Origin: an uncultured cyanobacterium
GTDB lineage: Bacteria > Cyanobacteriota > Cyanobacteriia > Cyanobacteriales > CAWUOF01
Direction of reading: 5' to 3'
DNA: 64,000 nt
Assembly: GCA_963744145.1 (NCBI GenBank)
Contig: CAVUSO010000001.1
Location: 5,920,001-5,984,000, forward strand
Positions within the stretch are counted from its first letter, which is position 1. The number at the start of each line of letters is the position of its first letter. The notes under the pieces are model-generated. The model was not told where the DNA came from. It ran no database searches and saw only the letters and a program-made list of their open reading frames with translations. Of this stretch, positions 11,430 to 23,941 are shown in pieces. The translations under genes were made by a program, and so were the position numbers.

Positions 11430-12821
11430 CCATCGAGATCAGAACATCACAAATCTGGTAGAGAAAATAGTTGACAAAAGAGCATAGAGAGTGGTAGGTG
11501 AAAAACTATACCGTCCAACTCATAATCTCCAGGAATATTCAAATGTCTCAAGGGTTCGATATCAATATAGCTAATGCTAAACAAAACTCCCATTCTGCTA
11601 GGAAAAACCAAGTAGTAGCTGACTTGATGGAAATACAACAGAGTTTAGTCAAGCATTTTGAAGATGTTGAAGACCCGAGAGTAAACCGAACAAAAAAACA
11701 CTTATTGATAGACATTTTAGTGATGGCAATTCTGGCCATAATAGCTGGAGCACAAGGCTGGGAAGACATTGAGAATTATGGGATTAGTAAACAAATTTGG
11801 CTAGAAGAGTTTTTAGAATTACCCAATGGTATTCCCTCAGATGATACCTTTCGTCGAGTATTTGAAAGTATTAACCCCAACCAATTGGAGCAATGTTTTC
11901 AAGCTTGGGTAAACACCTTAGTTACTCAAATGGGAGGAGAAGTAATTGCCATAGATGGGAAGACTGTCAGAGGTTCCTATGACCGAAATCAAGGACAATC
12001 AGCATTACATTTGATTAGTGCGTGGGCTAGTGAACAACGATTAGTTTTAGCACAAATGAAAGTCCAAGATAAATCCAATGAAATTACAGCTATTCCAGCA
12101 TTACTAGAGTTACTTGATATCGCTGGCTCAATTATTACTATTGATGCGATGGGGACCCAAACCGAAATTGCTCAAAAGATTATTGATAAAAAAGCTGATT
12201 ATATTCTGACACTTAAAGCCAATCATCCAACTTTACATAATCAGGTACAACAATTCTTCCAAACTGCACAGAAAAATAATTTTTCAGGAATTGATTTCAC
12301 TCATGACAAACGGATTGAGAAAGGGCATCATCGGGTGGAAATTCGTGAAGTTTGGGTGCTCCCTATTACGGCCATTCCTGACCTTTACCAACCCAAATTA
12401 TGGGCAGGTTTAAAAAGTATTGTCATCATTCATCGTATCCGTCATCTTTGGAACAAAACTACTTGCGAGACTCAATACTATCTTACTTCTTTAGACAACA
12501 ATGCTGAATTCATAGGTCGAGCTATTCGTCAACATTGGGAAATCGAAAATTCTGCACACTGGACTTTAGATTGTACTTTTTTTGAAGATAGCTGTCGCAT
12601 TCGTTCTTTTCACAGTCCTCGTAACTTTTCTCTGCTCAGACGATTAGCTCTCAACGCTCTTAATCGCGAGTCAACTTACAAACGCAGTTTACGCCAGAAA
12701 AGTAAACGCGCTGCTATGGATAATAATTATATGCTCCAAATCCTCCTTTCTTGTTTCTCTGAGTCTACATTAGATCCTTCTTAATCCTTGTGTCAAGCCT
12801 AATTGAGATGCTCTTACCCTG
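11365..12821 (+). mobile_element. ISAs1 family insertion sequence
   Basis: Terminal IRs CAGGGTTAGCGCATCTAATT / CAGGGTAAGAGCATCTCAATT; 10-bp target duplication GATACCCAGG at 11355-11364 and 12822-12831. Confidence 0.95.
11543..12784 (+). CDS. ISAs1 family transposase
   Basis: DPR, GIPSDDTF, AIDGKT, KSNEITAIP, TIDAMG, HWEIEN..HWTLD. Confidence 0.95.
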   Translation: MSQGFDINIANAKQNSHSARKNQVVADLMEIQQSLVKHFEDVEDPRVNRTKKHLLIDILVMAILAIIAGAQGWEDIENYGISKQIWLEEFLELPNGIPSDDTFRRVFESINPNQLEQCFQAWVNTLVTQMGGEVIAIDGKTVRGSYDRNQGQSALHLISAWASEQRLVLAQMKVQDKSNEITAIPALLELLDIAGSIITIDAMGTQTEIAQKIIDKKADYILTLKANHPTLHNQVQQFFQTAQKNNFSGIDFTHDKRIEKGHHRVEIREVWVLPITAIPDLYQPKLWAGLKSIVIIHRIRHLWNKTTCETQYYLTSLDNNAEFIGRAIRQHWEIENSAHWTLDCTFFEDSCRIRSFHSPRNFSLLRRLALNALNRESTYKRSLRQKSKRAAMDNNYMLQILLSCFSESTLDPS

Positions 12822-12844
12822 GATACCCAGGGGATGTAAAGTGA

Positions 12845-12907
12845 GTCTTCGCTAGTAGCTTCGTGGATGTAGAAGGGAGCTATAAAGCTGGTATCTAAGT
12901 AAATCAA
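12845..12907 (-). pseudogene. VapC/PIN toxin N-terminal remnant
   Basis: TTG at 12907 overlaps the antitoxin stop (TTGA); MIYLDTSFIAPFYIHEATSE, then the similarity ends. Confidence 0.7.
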
Positions 12908-13419
12908 TACCTAGCCTCACTGCGTAGAGTTTGCAAAGTTTCTAGGCTACTGGTAGCAGCTATTGGTTGGTTTCTCCTTAGATGAGAGCGGGATTTCAGC
13001 TTTCCCTTAATTTGATCGTTAATGGTTGAACGATCGATTAATTCTTGCCTAATACCAATTAACTATGAAATTGCACTTAATCTGAGGTTGATCTGTTAGG
13101 TCAGGGCAGGTTTATAATGGTGATCTGTTGGTGGCAAAATTGACTGGTGAACCTGCCCCTACCAATTTTATCCTCAATTTGCGGATTTCTGTAGGGGTGG
13201 GTTCACCGAGATGTTTGACATTTACCTACTAATCATCAAAACCCACCCTCACCCACAGATCAATCTTATCAATGTATCTTCATAGTGAATTGGTATAATA
13301 GTGGATAATTTAGCGATCGCCTTTCCTTGACGAGTAATAATCACTTCTTCTCCCCGTTCCACCTGATTGAGAATTTGATTCATCCTAGCCTGAAAATCAG
13401 TAACACTTAATTCTATCAT
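12904..13419 (-). pseudogene. Phd/YefM antitoxin interrupted by a MITE
   Basis: MIELSVTDFQARMNQILNQVERGEEVIITRQGKAIAKL; removing 13053-13295 plus one TAA restores an 89-codon frame ending LRSEARY*. Confidence 0.8.
13053..13295. mobile_element. MITE with TACCAATT termini carrying two REP-like hairpins
   Basis: IRs TACCAATT(A/C)ACTATGAA, TAA on both flanks, internal GAACCTGCCCCTAC and GTAGGGGTGGGTTC. Confidence 0.8.
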
Positions 13420-13605
13420 AACAGGATCTCCTTAAAAGCTAAATTAGCTGGCAGCATTTAGGCTTGCTATTTGCACGATCTCTTTTAAATTATCCTATCA
13501 CGAGGTTCGTCATCAACAATCAAAATGCAAGGTAAATTCATTTTTGATCCTTAGTATTATAAATTATGATACTTTTTCATGTCTCATTTGAAAACGCTGT
13601 ATGAT

Positions 13606-14748
13606 CTAGTCCACTAATGGTAATTTAATCTCAACAGTAGTTCCTTGTTGATCAAGATTTGAAATTGATAATATACCTCCATATATTTTTAGTATAGTCG
13701 CCACTATTTTTAAACCTAAGCCAATGCCCTGTTGTTCATATAGTTTACGTTTAAATTGTCTAAAAGCTCCGATGTTAGCAATTTCTTCATCAGTCATCGT
13801 TCTACCTTGATTGCTAACTGTCAGATAAAAGCTATGATCAATAGCTTTACTGATTATTGTCACTGGAGTTCCTGGTTGAGAAAATTTGAAGGCATTTTCA
13901 ATGATTTCATTGAGGATATTCTGGAAATCTTTTTGATTGATAGCTGGTTCACCATTGTCTAAATCAAAGATCAAATCATCTAGACGACCAGATTGTTTGG
14001 CTTTATTTTCAATCAGATCGACAATGAATATTTTGTTAGGAATTTCCAGCAGTTTAATCTCCTTACTGTCAGGAGTATTGATTTGTTGAGTTTTGATTTC
14101 TAACTGGGTATAGGTTAGGAATTTTTGAGTTAACTTGTGGAGTCTGATGGCTGATTTATAGGATAATTGTAAGAACTCATAGACTTCTTCTGCGTCCATA
14201 TTCTTATGGTCTTCGATTAAGAATTCTAGACCGCCTAAAATTCCATTGAGAGGAGTATTGAATTCATGGGGGACACTAGAGGCTATATTACCGCTTAACT
14301 CTTGTAAATTCCTTTCTAAAATATTAATGGTATCTCTTTGCAATTCGGAAAATTTCTGAATTTCGTCATATTGTTGCTTAATGCGTAGCATGGACTTAAC
14401 TCTAGCACGAAGTTCCAGCCCATTGACAGGTTTACTGAGAAAATCGGTTGCACCTGCATTGAGACATCGGGCTAACTCTTCTTTTGCGGTTAGTGCTGTC
14501 ACTATGACAATGGGAATTGTTTGCCATTTGAGGTTAGCTTTAATCTTAGAACAGACTTCAATCCCATCCATTTCTGGCATCATGACATCTAATAAGATGA
14601 GATCAATTGGTATAACTTCTAGGGATTCAAAAGCTTCTTGTCCACTGGAAGCGTATTGTAATTCGTAATCTTCCTCGTTTAAAAGGGCTTCGATGACATC
14701 AAAATTAGCAGTCTCATCATCAACAACTAAAATACAGGGTAAATTCAT
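13606..14748 (-). CDS. Receiver-histidine kinase hybrid
   Basis: N-terminal REC (ILVVDD, DVMMP, KP), HEFNTPLN, NAFKF, GIGLGL. Confidence 0.9.
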   Translation of the reverse strand: MNLPCILVVDDETANFDVIEALLNEEDYELQYASSGQEAFESLEVIPIDLILLDVMMPEMDGIEVCSKIKANLKWQTIPIVIVTALTAKEELARCLNAGATDFLSKPVNGLELRARVKSMLRIKQQYDEIQKFSELQRDTINILERNLQELSGNIASSVPHEFNTPLNGILGGLEFLIEDHKNMDAEEVYEFLQLSYKSAIRLHKLTQKFLTYTQLEIKTQQINTPDSKEIKLLEIPNKIFIVDLIENKAKQSGRLDDLIFDLDNGEPAINQKDFQNILNEIIENAFKFSQPGTPVTIISKAIDHSFYLTVSNQGRTMTDEEIANIGAFRQFKRKLYEQQGIGLGLKIVATILKIYGGILSISNLDQQGTTVEIKLPLVD

Positions 14749-17700
14749 GATTTTTTCGATTTTGCTAAGATTTCCTGAATTACAACTACAAGCTGACTCA
14801 GTTTGAGCGGTTTACTGAGATAGTCGTTTGCTCCTGCTTCTAAGCATTTTTCTTTGTCACCTTTCATTGCCAGGGCTGTTAGGGCAATAATTGGAATATT
14901 CGCTACTTGGCGATCGCTGTCTTGACGAAGCCGTTTAATCGCTTCTAAACCATCCATACCGGGCATCTGAATATCCATTAAAATTAAGTCTAGACTCTGT
15001 GATTTGGCGATCTCAATAGCCTCTTGACCATCTTTAGCTAAGATAATTTCATATCCTTTTGCCTTCAGATAACGAGAAATGGTAATAAGATTGGCTTGAT
15101 TATCTTCGGCTAACAGAATCAGAGTAGGTTCTGTGGATGAGGTGAGGGAATTTTGGTCATAATAGGTTGTGGGATAGTCAGAGTTAAGATTTTGTCCGAG
15201 AAAATCTTTATATGGTAAACTGAAGGCAAAGCAACTCCCGACACCAAATTCACTATTAACTTTAATCTGACCACCGTGCATTTCGACAATCTGTTTAACA
15301 AGGATCAGACCTAAGCCTGTACCTGCATATTGACGATTTAATGCGCTGTCAATTTGGACAAAGGGTTGAAAGAGTTTAGCAAGATTTTCTTGGGTAATTC
15401 CAATACCATTATCGGTGATGGCAAAGCAAACTTGGCTAGTGGGTACAGAGGAATCTAGTTTGTTTGATTCAATCCGGACTTTTAAGGATATTCTACCGCA
15501 TTCTTGAGTAAATTTAACAGCATTTGTGAGCAAGTTAATTAAGACTTGACGGATACGCCGTTCATCTACGAGTAAATCGGGCAAATAAGGGGGAATGTCG
15601 GTGTGAACCTTAATCTGCTTTTGCATTGCCTGTTGTTTGATAAAGACCAGACTAGAATCGCATAAATTTTTAATAGAAACATGGGTGTAATCGAGTTCGA
15701 TCTTTCCTGATTCAATTTTGGCCAGATCGAGAATATCATTAATTAAGGACAGGAGATGAGTGCCACTACTTTCAATGGTTTGGACTGAATTATGTTGTTT
15801 TTCGTTAAGTGTGCCAAAAACTTCCTCTTGAAGCGCTTCGGACATCCCTAAAATGGCATTGAGAGGAGTTCGCAATTCATGGCTCATATTGGCGAGAAAT
15901 TTGTCTTTAAGGCGGGTGGCATGGGCAAGTTCTTGATTGGTTTTTTCCAATTGTTCTTCATATTTTTTGCTCTTGCTAATATCCCGGAGGATTGTCGATA
16001 TCTCAATGATCTTGCCATATTTGTCTTTAATGGGAGAAACAGAAATCGAAACATAGATTAGGCTACCGTCTTTTCGCCGCCTGATTGTCTCGTAGTCTTT
16101 AATGGGTTTTCCTGCTCGAATTTGGGACAGAATATGATTTTCCTCGTCCCTATGATTGGGCGGGAAAAGTGTCGTTATATCTTGTCCTACTATTTCTTCA
16201 CTAGTGTAGCCAAATATTTTTTCTGCGCCTAAGTTCCAAGTGTTAATAATTCCATCTAAGGTTTTACTAATAATAGCATCCTCTGAGGATGCTACAATTG
16301 ATGCTAACCTAGCGCTGGATTCTTCTGCCTGTTTACGTTCAGTAATATCAGCCACAACGCCAATTATTTCTTGCTTTCCCATGTATAAATGGGGGGACAT
16401 CATGCCCCAGTATGTGACCCAGCGTATTTCACCATCTAATCTGTAAATTCGATATTCAGTCTGAAAAACTTTTCCTGCTTTTATACTATCGGCGATCGCC
16501 TGGATGACTTGCTCTCGATCTTCTGGATGGATCATTGCTATAAATGTAGCGCGATCGCTCGGACAATTACCCTGCACAAAACCAAATATTTCTTGAGTGC
16601 GATCGGATAAAATCAGTTCATCTGTGGTCAGATTATCAATCACAGTTCCCATCTTCGCCGCCGCCAAAGCTACTTGTAGCCTTACTTTTTCTGTGTTTAA
16701 TTTTTCCTGTGTCTGTTTGAGTTGGGTAATATCAAAATTAACCCCAAGCATACTTTCAGGATTACCCTGAGTATCCTTTACCAATAATCCGAACGCTTTG
16801 ATAAAGTGAATGCTGCCATCAGGATGCACCACCCGAAACTCGGTATTGTATTCTGCTTGTTCTAAGACGGCTTGCTGAAGTAGGGTTTCCGTAGGGATGC
16901 GGTCATCGGGATGGACTCCATTTGCCCAAACGTCATAGACAACAAGAGTTTCAGCTTGTTTAGGGAGTCCATAAAGTTCATACATCTGTTCATCCCAAAT
17001 AATTATATTGGTTCTAATATCCCATTCCCAATAACCCATCTTTCCAGATTTGAGTGCCAAGGTGAGACTATGGGATAATTGCTGGAGTTTCGCTTCGGTT
17101 TGTTTGCGTTGGCTAATATCTTTAGCGATACCTAAAAAACCGATAGTTTGTTGATTGATATCCTTAAGGGGGGAGATTGATAGCAATACGGGAAAGCGCG
17201 AGCCATCTTTACGGATGTAAGTCCATTCTTGCTCATAGATGATTCCTTCTCGACAAGGTGCAACAAAGACTTCAAATCCCGGTTCAATAGTGCGATTAAA
17301 CTGTTGGGAGAGGATTTGAGCTTGGTTGGCTACTTCTGTGCGATCGTGGATAATTTCTGGAGTGACTTTACCAATCATTTCTTCAGAACTATAACCGAGG
17401 AGCTTAGTTGCACCCAGATTAAAACTCTGAATGATGCCGTTAAGATCGGTGGAAATGATTGAATAATCAGCCCCATCCAGAATCGCTTTTTGGATAATAT
17501 TAAGTTTTAGGACTTCCTGGGTTTTTTGTCGCACCATATCTTCAAGGGATTGGTTAAATTCCTCTAGTGCCGATTTTGCTTGGGATAACTCTTGATTTCG
17601 TTGTTGTAAAGTTTCAGTTGCTCTGATTCTTTCTATTTCTACTTCGGCTCTTGAGGCAAAAACCCGTAAAATATCAGTAATATTGATTATTTGATTTGAA

Positions 17701-19902
17701 GTGCTGACATTTTCATACCAGAGCGCAATGTAACCTAAAGACTTTCCTGCTTGATTTTGGAGGGCTATACCTATATCACTTTTGGCATAAAGATAATCTA
17801 AATCTTCATCGATCGGATCGGTTTGAAATTGATTATTAGACAAATCAACTATTTTACAAAATACTCCATGATTAAATTCTGTAATCACAATCCGGTCTAG
17901 GTCAAAGGCGTTTTTAATATGTTCAGCCAGGGATAGGAAAAAGTCTTTTTCGGTGACGCTGGATGTTCCTGCAATCAGGTTTTCCAGAATTTTATAACTT
18001 TGTTTCTTTTCAGTAATATCGTTGATAGAGCCAATATAACCGATAAATTCACCGTTAGTATTATATTCTGGGATCGCTTGCATAAACACCCAAATTATTG
18101 AACCATCGGGGCGTTGATGGCGATATTCTGACTGAAAAAGACGATTTTCTTGAACCGCAAGATCCCATTCAAAAACAAATTTGTCTCGATCGTCAAAATG
18201 GATGGTTTGAATCCAACCTTTACCGAGGGCTTCTTCTTGGGTAAATTCTGTGAGCAAACACCAATATTCATTCACATAAATACTGTCGCCCTGTGGATCG
18301 ACGCGGAAAATACCAACGGGGACGGAATTGACTAGGGTGGCATAGAGATTTTGGCTCTCGCTCAGGGCTGCTTCGATTTTGCGTCTTTCTGCTAGTTCGG
18401 TTTCAATTTGTTGGTAAGCTGTTGCTTGTTTAATAGCGATCGCTAGTTGGGTGGAAATTTGTTGTAAAAAGTTTATTTCTTCAGGTTGCCATTGGCGTGG
18501 GCTATGGGTTTGGGAAGTACATAACAAGCCCCAAAGGGTTTGACCTTGTAGAATGGGAACGATAATTTTTGCCCGAATTCCCAAGTTTTCGAGTAACTCC
18601 CGATGACAATCGCTCATTTCAATGGTGTAGATGTCAGACACAACTCGAGCGTATCCATCTTGATATTTAATATGATCACTCCAGAAAACAAGGATCTTCA
18701 ACCCGTGTAAATATCTGTTCGGTGATGGCTTGTGCACAAATAACGAAACTATGATCTGACTGTAACTGCCAAATTACAGCGTGATCGCATTTAAGGCATG
18801 ATTGTAATTCTTCTACTGTTATCTTCAGAATTTCGTCTAAATTAAGGGATGAGCGAATCTGGGTAGCGATATTCTTGATTAATCGCTCTTGTTCAGCTTT
18901 AGCTTTGAGGGTAGCGGTTCGCTCCTCCACTTGCCTTTCTAGTTTCTGCGCCCGACTTTCCAGTAATTCTATTTTTTCGACTTCTAATTGTGCTACTTTT
19001 TCTTGTAAAGTTATGGCTAATTTATATAATTCTAGTGAGTTGAGTGACTGTAAAATGCTGGTCTGAGTAATAATTCCTTGTAGTTCACCTCGCTCCCCTG
19101 TTACGACCAAGTGCCGAGTCAATTGCTGCTGCATAATCTGCTGTGCGCTCAAGAGAGAATCATCCTTTCTCACTGAGACAGTCCACTTATTCATTACAAC
19201 ATGGGCTTGACAGGTTTCTACATTGAGGTCTAATGCGTGAAATTGAACGATATCTCGCTCTGTTACAAAGCCGATGGGAATCAATAAACCTTCTTGTGCT
19301 TCTACAATCACGACTGAACTGATCCGATGCTTCGCCATCAACTCAGCGATCGCTAAGATTGAAGTATGGGAAGACACTGTTACCACATCAGCAATCATCA
19401 CTTCTTTGACCATGCGTAACCCTAATAAATCTACCGGACGCAATGTTTGTCTTAAGGTTTCGTGGGTTAGCAGTCCGACAATGCGATCTTGCTCATTAAG
19501 CAGGGGTAAATGGCGAATTTTAAGTTGTTTGAGCAGGTTAATCGCCACAAACAAATCAGTAAAATCAGATTCATAGAGGGTGACAATCGGATGAGTCATT
19601 ACCTCACTGATGGGCAGACTATCTAAATGACGTTTCTGGCTACAGATTCGTACTATATCCCTTTCCGTAAAAATGCCTAATAATTGCTGATTTTTGACAA
19701 TTAAGACGCAACTTGATCGAGCTTCTATATGTAATTCTTCTAGTTGGTTATTGTTTATGCTAGAAGTCGAACACATAGAATGTACTGAACTCATTAGCGC
19801 GATCGCATCTCTCACTGTTGTATTGGGTGCAACAATTAGAGGATTATGGACAATGGCAGATTGTAATTCAGTTTGGGTAAGAGTAGTCGATGATATTAAC
19901 AT
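14745..19902 (-). pseudogene. CBS-GAF-multiPAS hybrid histidine kinase split by a 1-nt frameshift near 18685-18688 (ORFs 18676-19902 and 14745-18737)
   Basis: The GAF domain continues across frames: ...VEDPCF|WSDHIKYQDG...SDCHRELL; removing one base from the T4 run joins the ORFs. Confidence 0.8.
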
Positions 19903-20191
19903 AATCTAAAATTATCTAATCTGTCCCTAGGGAGTTCACGGGGTCACAAGAGGGATAAAAGCCATACTCTGTTTAATATATGATGCCCACATTCCGCACT
20001 TCTTAACATTTAATTAATAATTTTTACTAAAATCGCTTGTGATCTTTTGACTGTAAGCATTTTTTTAGAGTATAACTATATATAAAAGTCTTAATATATA
20101 AGAAAACCTCTATTCCACATGATGATAAAGATCGCAATTCCATTGATATGATTTAATGGCATAAGTAAAGACCTAATATTTGGAGATAAAT

Positions 20192-20521
20192 ATGCAACCC
20201 GTGGCAACACCAGAACTAACGATCGAGCGAGTAAATCAAGCCATTGATGCAATTCTTAATGTTTTAGGTAATCCGGAAAATGATTTACATATCCAAGCCC
20301 ATACAGCGTTTAGTCATGGTGATCATCAGACCGTGAAGCGACTAGCCTCAACTAATTTATCCGATCACTATTGTAGAGCGTTGGGATATCTAGGAGGTGC
20401 CCTAAAATTGACACCTAATACCGATACTATTTTAGCAGAATCTGCACGAGCAGCAGCAGATTTTGCCAGAGAAAAAGTATTGCTAGAACTAGGGGATGCG
20501 ATCGCTAAGGCACTTAATTAG
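20192..20521 (+). CDS. Hypothetical helical protein
   Basis: ORF with GGAG RBS before ATG 20192. Confidence 0.7.
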   Translation: MQPVATPELTIERVNQAIDAILNVLGNPENDLHIQAHTAFSHGDHQTVKRLASTNLSDHYCRALGYLGGALKLTPNTDTILAESARAAADFAREKVLLELGDAIAKALN

Positions 20522-20639
20522 ACACCAGCTGTAAAGTAGCATCCATTTAATTAATAGGATGGTGAGAATTATGTCTCTTCATTTCTGATGAAAATATTTA
20601 GGTTTTAGATGCGATCGCAATTTCTGGACAATTAGCCCA

Positions 20640-20682
20640 ATAATGCAATATATTCTCAATAGTCTCAGATTGTTGATAATTG
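20640..20682. promoter_or_regulatory. Possible Fur-box-like AT-rich site upstream of fur
   Basis: TGCAATATATTCTCAATA and GATAAT elements; degenerate. Confidence 0.3.
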
Positions 20683-20728
20683 GCATCAAGAAAGACTATC
20701 ATTTTCAATAAAGAGTCTTTTTGAGAAA

Positions 20729-21253
20729 ATGATTATGGCTCTCTATACAGCCGATTCGCTGAAAGCTGAACTGAATTCAAGGGGCTGGCGGATGACCCCC
20801 CAACGGGAAACTATTTTACAGGTTTTCCAAAATCTTCCCAAGGGTAATCATCTGAGTGCGGAGGATCTACATCAGGTCCTAGAACGTCGTGGGGAAGGGA
20901 TCAGCTTGTCTACCATTTACCGGAGTCTCAAGTTGATGGCAAGAATGGGTATTCTGCGAGAATTGGAACTAGCAGAAGGTCATAAACATTATGAACTTAA
21001 TCAACCTTATCCCCATCACCACCATCATTTAGTTTGCATTCAGTGCAATAAAACCGTAGAATTTAATAATGATTCTATTTTAAAAATGGGTCTGAAACAG
21101 GCAGAAAAGAGCGGTTTACAATTGCTTGATTGTCAATTGACCATCCATACTATCTGCCCAGAGGCGATTCGCATGGGCTGGCCCGCTTTATTACCTAATA
21201 ATTGGTCTTGTCCCCGATCGCAGTTTTCTGCCCATGTGGAAAATTGTGACTGA
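20729..21253 (+). CDS. fur: Ferric uptake regulator
   Basis: YTADSLKAELNSRGWRMTPQR, HLSAED, STIYR, HHHHHLVCIQC. Confidence 0.9.
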   Translation: MIMALYTADSLKAELNSRGWRMTPQRETILQVFQNLPKGNHLSAEDLHQVLERRGEGISLSTIYRSLKLMARMGILRELELAEGHKHYELNQPYPHHHHHLVCIQCNKTVEFNNDSILKMGLKQAEKSGLQLLDCQLTIHTICPEAIRMGWPALLPNNWSCPRSQFSAHVENCD

Positions 21254-21290
21254 TCTCCAAAAAAATTCAGTCAAAAATTCTATTTTGACA

Positions 21291-21315
21291 CTCCCCGTAT
21301 CTTTAGACCGGGGAG
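21291..21315. terminator. Hairpin between convergent fur and cruG
   Basis: CTCCCCG...CGGGGAG stem. Confidence 0.5.
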
Positions 21316-21317
21316 GA

Positions 21318-22530
21318 TCAATTAGAAAAATTATAATTACGACCGCGCCATTGTCTAGGTTGTTGCCAAGTTGAAAGTAATATACGCCAGAAAGCTAAAG
21401 GATCAGCTAAAGGAGACAGCCAAAATAACCAAGCACCACTAGCTTGAGATCGATCATAAGCACCAGCGATCGCGAAATTCAAAGCAAAACGAACAATTAC
21501 CAAAAATAAATTCAATCCCCATAAACAGGAAGCAAAAAAACTCGTTCCCGGAAAACCCAACCAAAAACCGAGTAAAATCGGTATTGGTAAACCTTGAAGA
21601 GCGAACAAAAACCCCAGATCACCCCATAATTGGGCTAAATTAGAAGCATCTTTCAGATCAAGCGATCGACCCCATTCCTGCCAAGTTTGCATTGCCCCTT
21701 CATACATTCTGACCTTTAATACCTTGGTTCCATCTAGAAAACCGACCTTAAATCCTAACTTGGCTGCGGCTCTTGCTAGGGTTACATCATCACAAAAAGA
21801 ACTTTTTGCCAAACTATACCCATTTAATTGTTGCAAAACTTGGCGACGAGTAAGAAAACATTGACCATTAGCCATGACTCGTTCTGGTGTTGGGGCTGTA
21901 CTTCCAGTTGGACCAAATCGGTACACCAAAGTCATCAATAATGCTGGTTGTAGCCACATTTCCCCCGGATATTTCAAAATAAATTGGGGAGAAAGTGATA
22001 CCAGATCATAGCCTTCCGACTTAGCTGTAGTAACTAAACTAGCTACTAATCCCGGATCAGGTATAGTATCAGCATCAATACCTAATATCCATTCACTCTG
22101 ATCAGCAGAGTGTAAAAAACCTGTATGTAAAGCCCAAGGAACGTCCTACCCAATCACTTGGTAAGGGGTCATCAGTAATTAAGTGGATACGTGGGTCTTT
22201 AGCACCAGTTGTCTTGACTAATTCCTGTGTTCCATCTTGAGAATTACTATCGACAACTATAATTTCACGTACTTCATAACTTTGACGACTCAAACCAGTT
22301 AAACAAGGTTCAATTCGTTCAGCTTCATTCAAAGTTGGTACAATCACACTCACACTACCCAAGATTTCTACTGTCGGAGATTGAGGTTCTAAAGGAGGAC
22401 GACGACTTGGACCTTCTTTCAGTCTAGATAGCAGAATTGCTGTAGCTGGGACTTGAAGTAGTAGCATTCCTAGACAGACTAAATCTGCTAATAAATTAGA
22501 GTCAAGAGGATAGGGAATCTGTATGGTCAC
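21318..22530 (-). pseudogene. cruG: Carotenoid (myxol) 2'-O-glycosyltransferase CruG-like, 1-nt frameshift at about 22140
   Basis: VPTLNEAERI, DSNSQDGT; removing one T gives WVGRPWALHTGF...WILGIDAD, which runs into ANGQCF, FCDDVTLAR, EWGRSLDLKD. Confidence 0.8.
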
Positions 22531-22708
22531 AATTAGATGTCAAAATTAACGAGCATTTTCATCTTATCAGTTAAAATGAGCGCAAAAAATACTTGATCAT
22601 CTGAGCTGATTTTTATTGATAAATCAATCTAGTTAGCTGTTAAAATAAGTACCAATAACACAAACGTAGCTTTAGATGATTTAAAAAAGATATCCCCAAA
22701 AATGATGG

Positions 22709-23695
22709 TAACTGAATGGATTTTAAGATTTAGTTGATCTGTTGGTTGCATAGATGGTAAGGGCAAAGCATTTCGGTCATATTATGCTGCGTTTGTGCCA
22801 TGATTTATGCGCCGAAATGCTTTGCCCCTACAAGGAACTGAACTGGATTGGTATTTAATTAGCGATCGCTTGCCGATCAATCGGGTGTAGGGGCGAAGCA
22901 TTCGGGCGACAATTGAACAATCAAACCAGTAATATTAGATCCGAATGCTTCGCCCTTCTTCTGTGCCGAGTTCCCCAAAAATTCTTAACTGAATGGATTT
23001 TAAGGTCTAGTTGATCTGTTGGTTGCAGAGATGGTAAGGGCAAAGCATTTCGGTCATATTATGCTGCGTTTGTGCCATGATTTATGCGCCGAAATGCTTT
23101 GCCCCTACAAGGAACTGAACTGGATTGGTATTTAATTAGTGATCGCTTGCCGATCAATCGGGTGTAGGGGCGAAGCATTCGGGCGACAATTGAACAATCA
23201 AACCAGTAATATTAGATCCGAATGCTTCGCCCTTCTTCTGTGCCGAGTTCCCCAAAAATTCTTAACTGAATGGATTTTAAGGTCTAGTTGATCTGTTGGT
23301 TGCAGAGATGGTAAGGGCAAAGCATTTCGGTCATATTATGCTGCGTTTGTGCCATGATTTATGCGCCGAAATGCTTTGCCCCTACAAGGAACTGAACTGG
23401 ATTGGTATTTAATTAGCGATCGCTTGCCGATCAATCGGGTGTAGGGGCGAAGCATTCGGGCGATAATTTACCGCTTAAACCAGCAATATTAGATCCGAAT
23501 GCTTCGCCCTTCTTCTGTGCCGAGCTCCCCAAAAATTCTTAACTGAATGTATTGTAATATCTAGTTGATCTGTTGGTTGCATAGATGGTGAGGGCAAAGC
23601 ATTTCGGTAATATTATCCTTCGCTTCAGCAATTATTTATTCGCCGAAATGCTTTGCCCCTACGAGGAACTGAACTGGATTGGTATTTAATCAGCG
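22709..23695. repeat. Tandem array of 277-bp units (3 full plus 1 partial), each with two REP-like hairpins
   Basis: TAACTGAATG recurs at 22709, 22986, 23263 and 23540; hairpins GGGCAAAGCATTTCGG..CCGAAATGCTTTGCCC and GGGCGAAGCATTCGG..CCGAATGCTTCGCCC. Confidence 0.95.
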
Positions 23696-23941
23696 ATAAG
23701 CCTACGGCTCGCTGCCACGATAAGCCTACGGCTCGCTTCCGCGATCGCGCCAGCACATTTTTGTCCCACCACCCTGGCAAAACTTAGATTGAGGGGGGTT
23801 TTCCTAGGGACAATTAGGGTTAAGACATTTAATAAGGTTACTCATAATTTTAAAGACCTGATGTGGTAAGACCAATTAGGTACTTCTATCATATAATCAT
23901 CATATTCAAGGATAGTAAAAGCCGATCGCGTTTCCATACCA

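Noticed and set aside
22709..23695. CRISPR array
   Set aside because: Units are 277 bp and nearly identical throughout; there are no unique spacers and no cas genes
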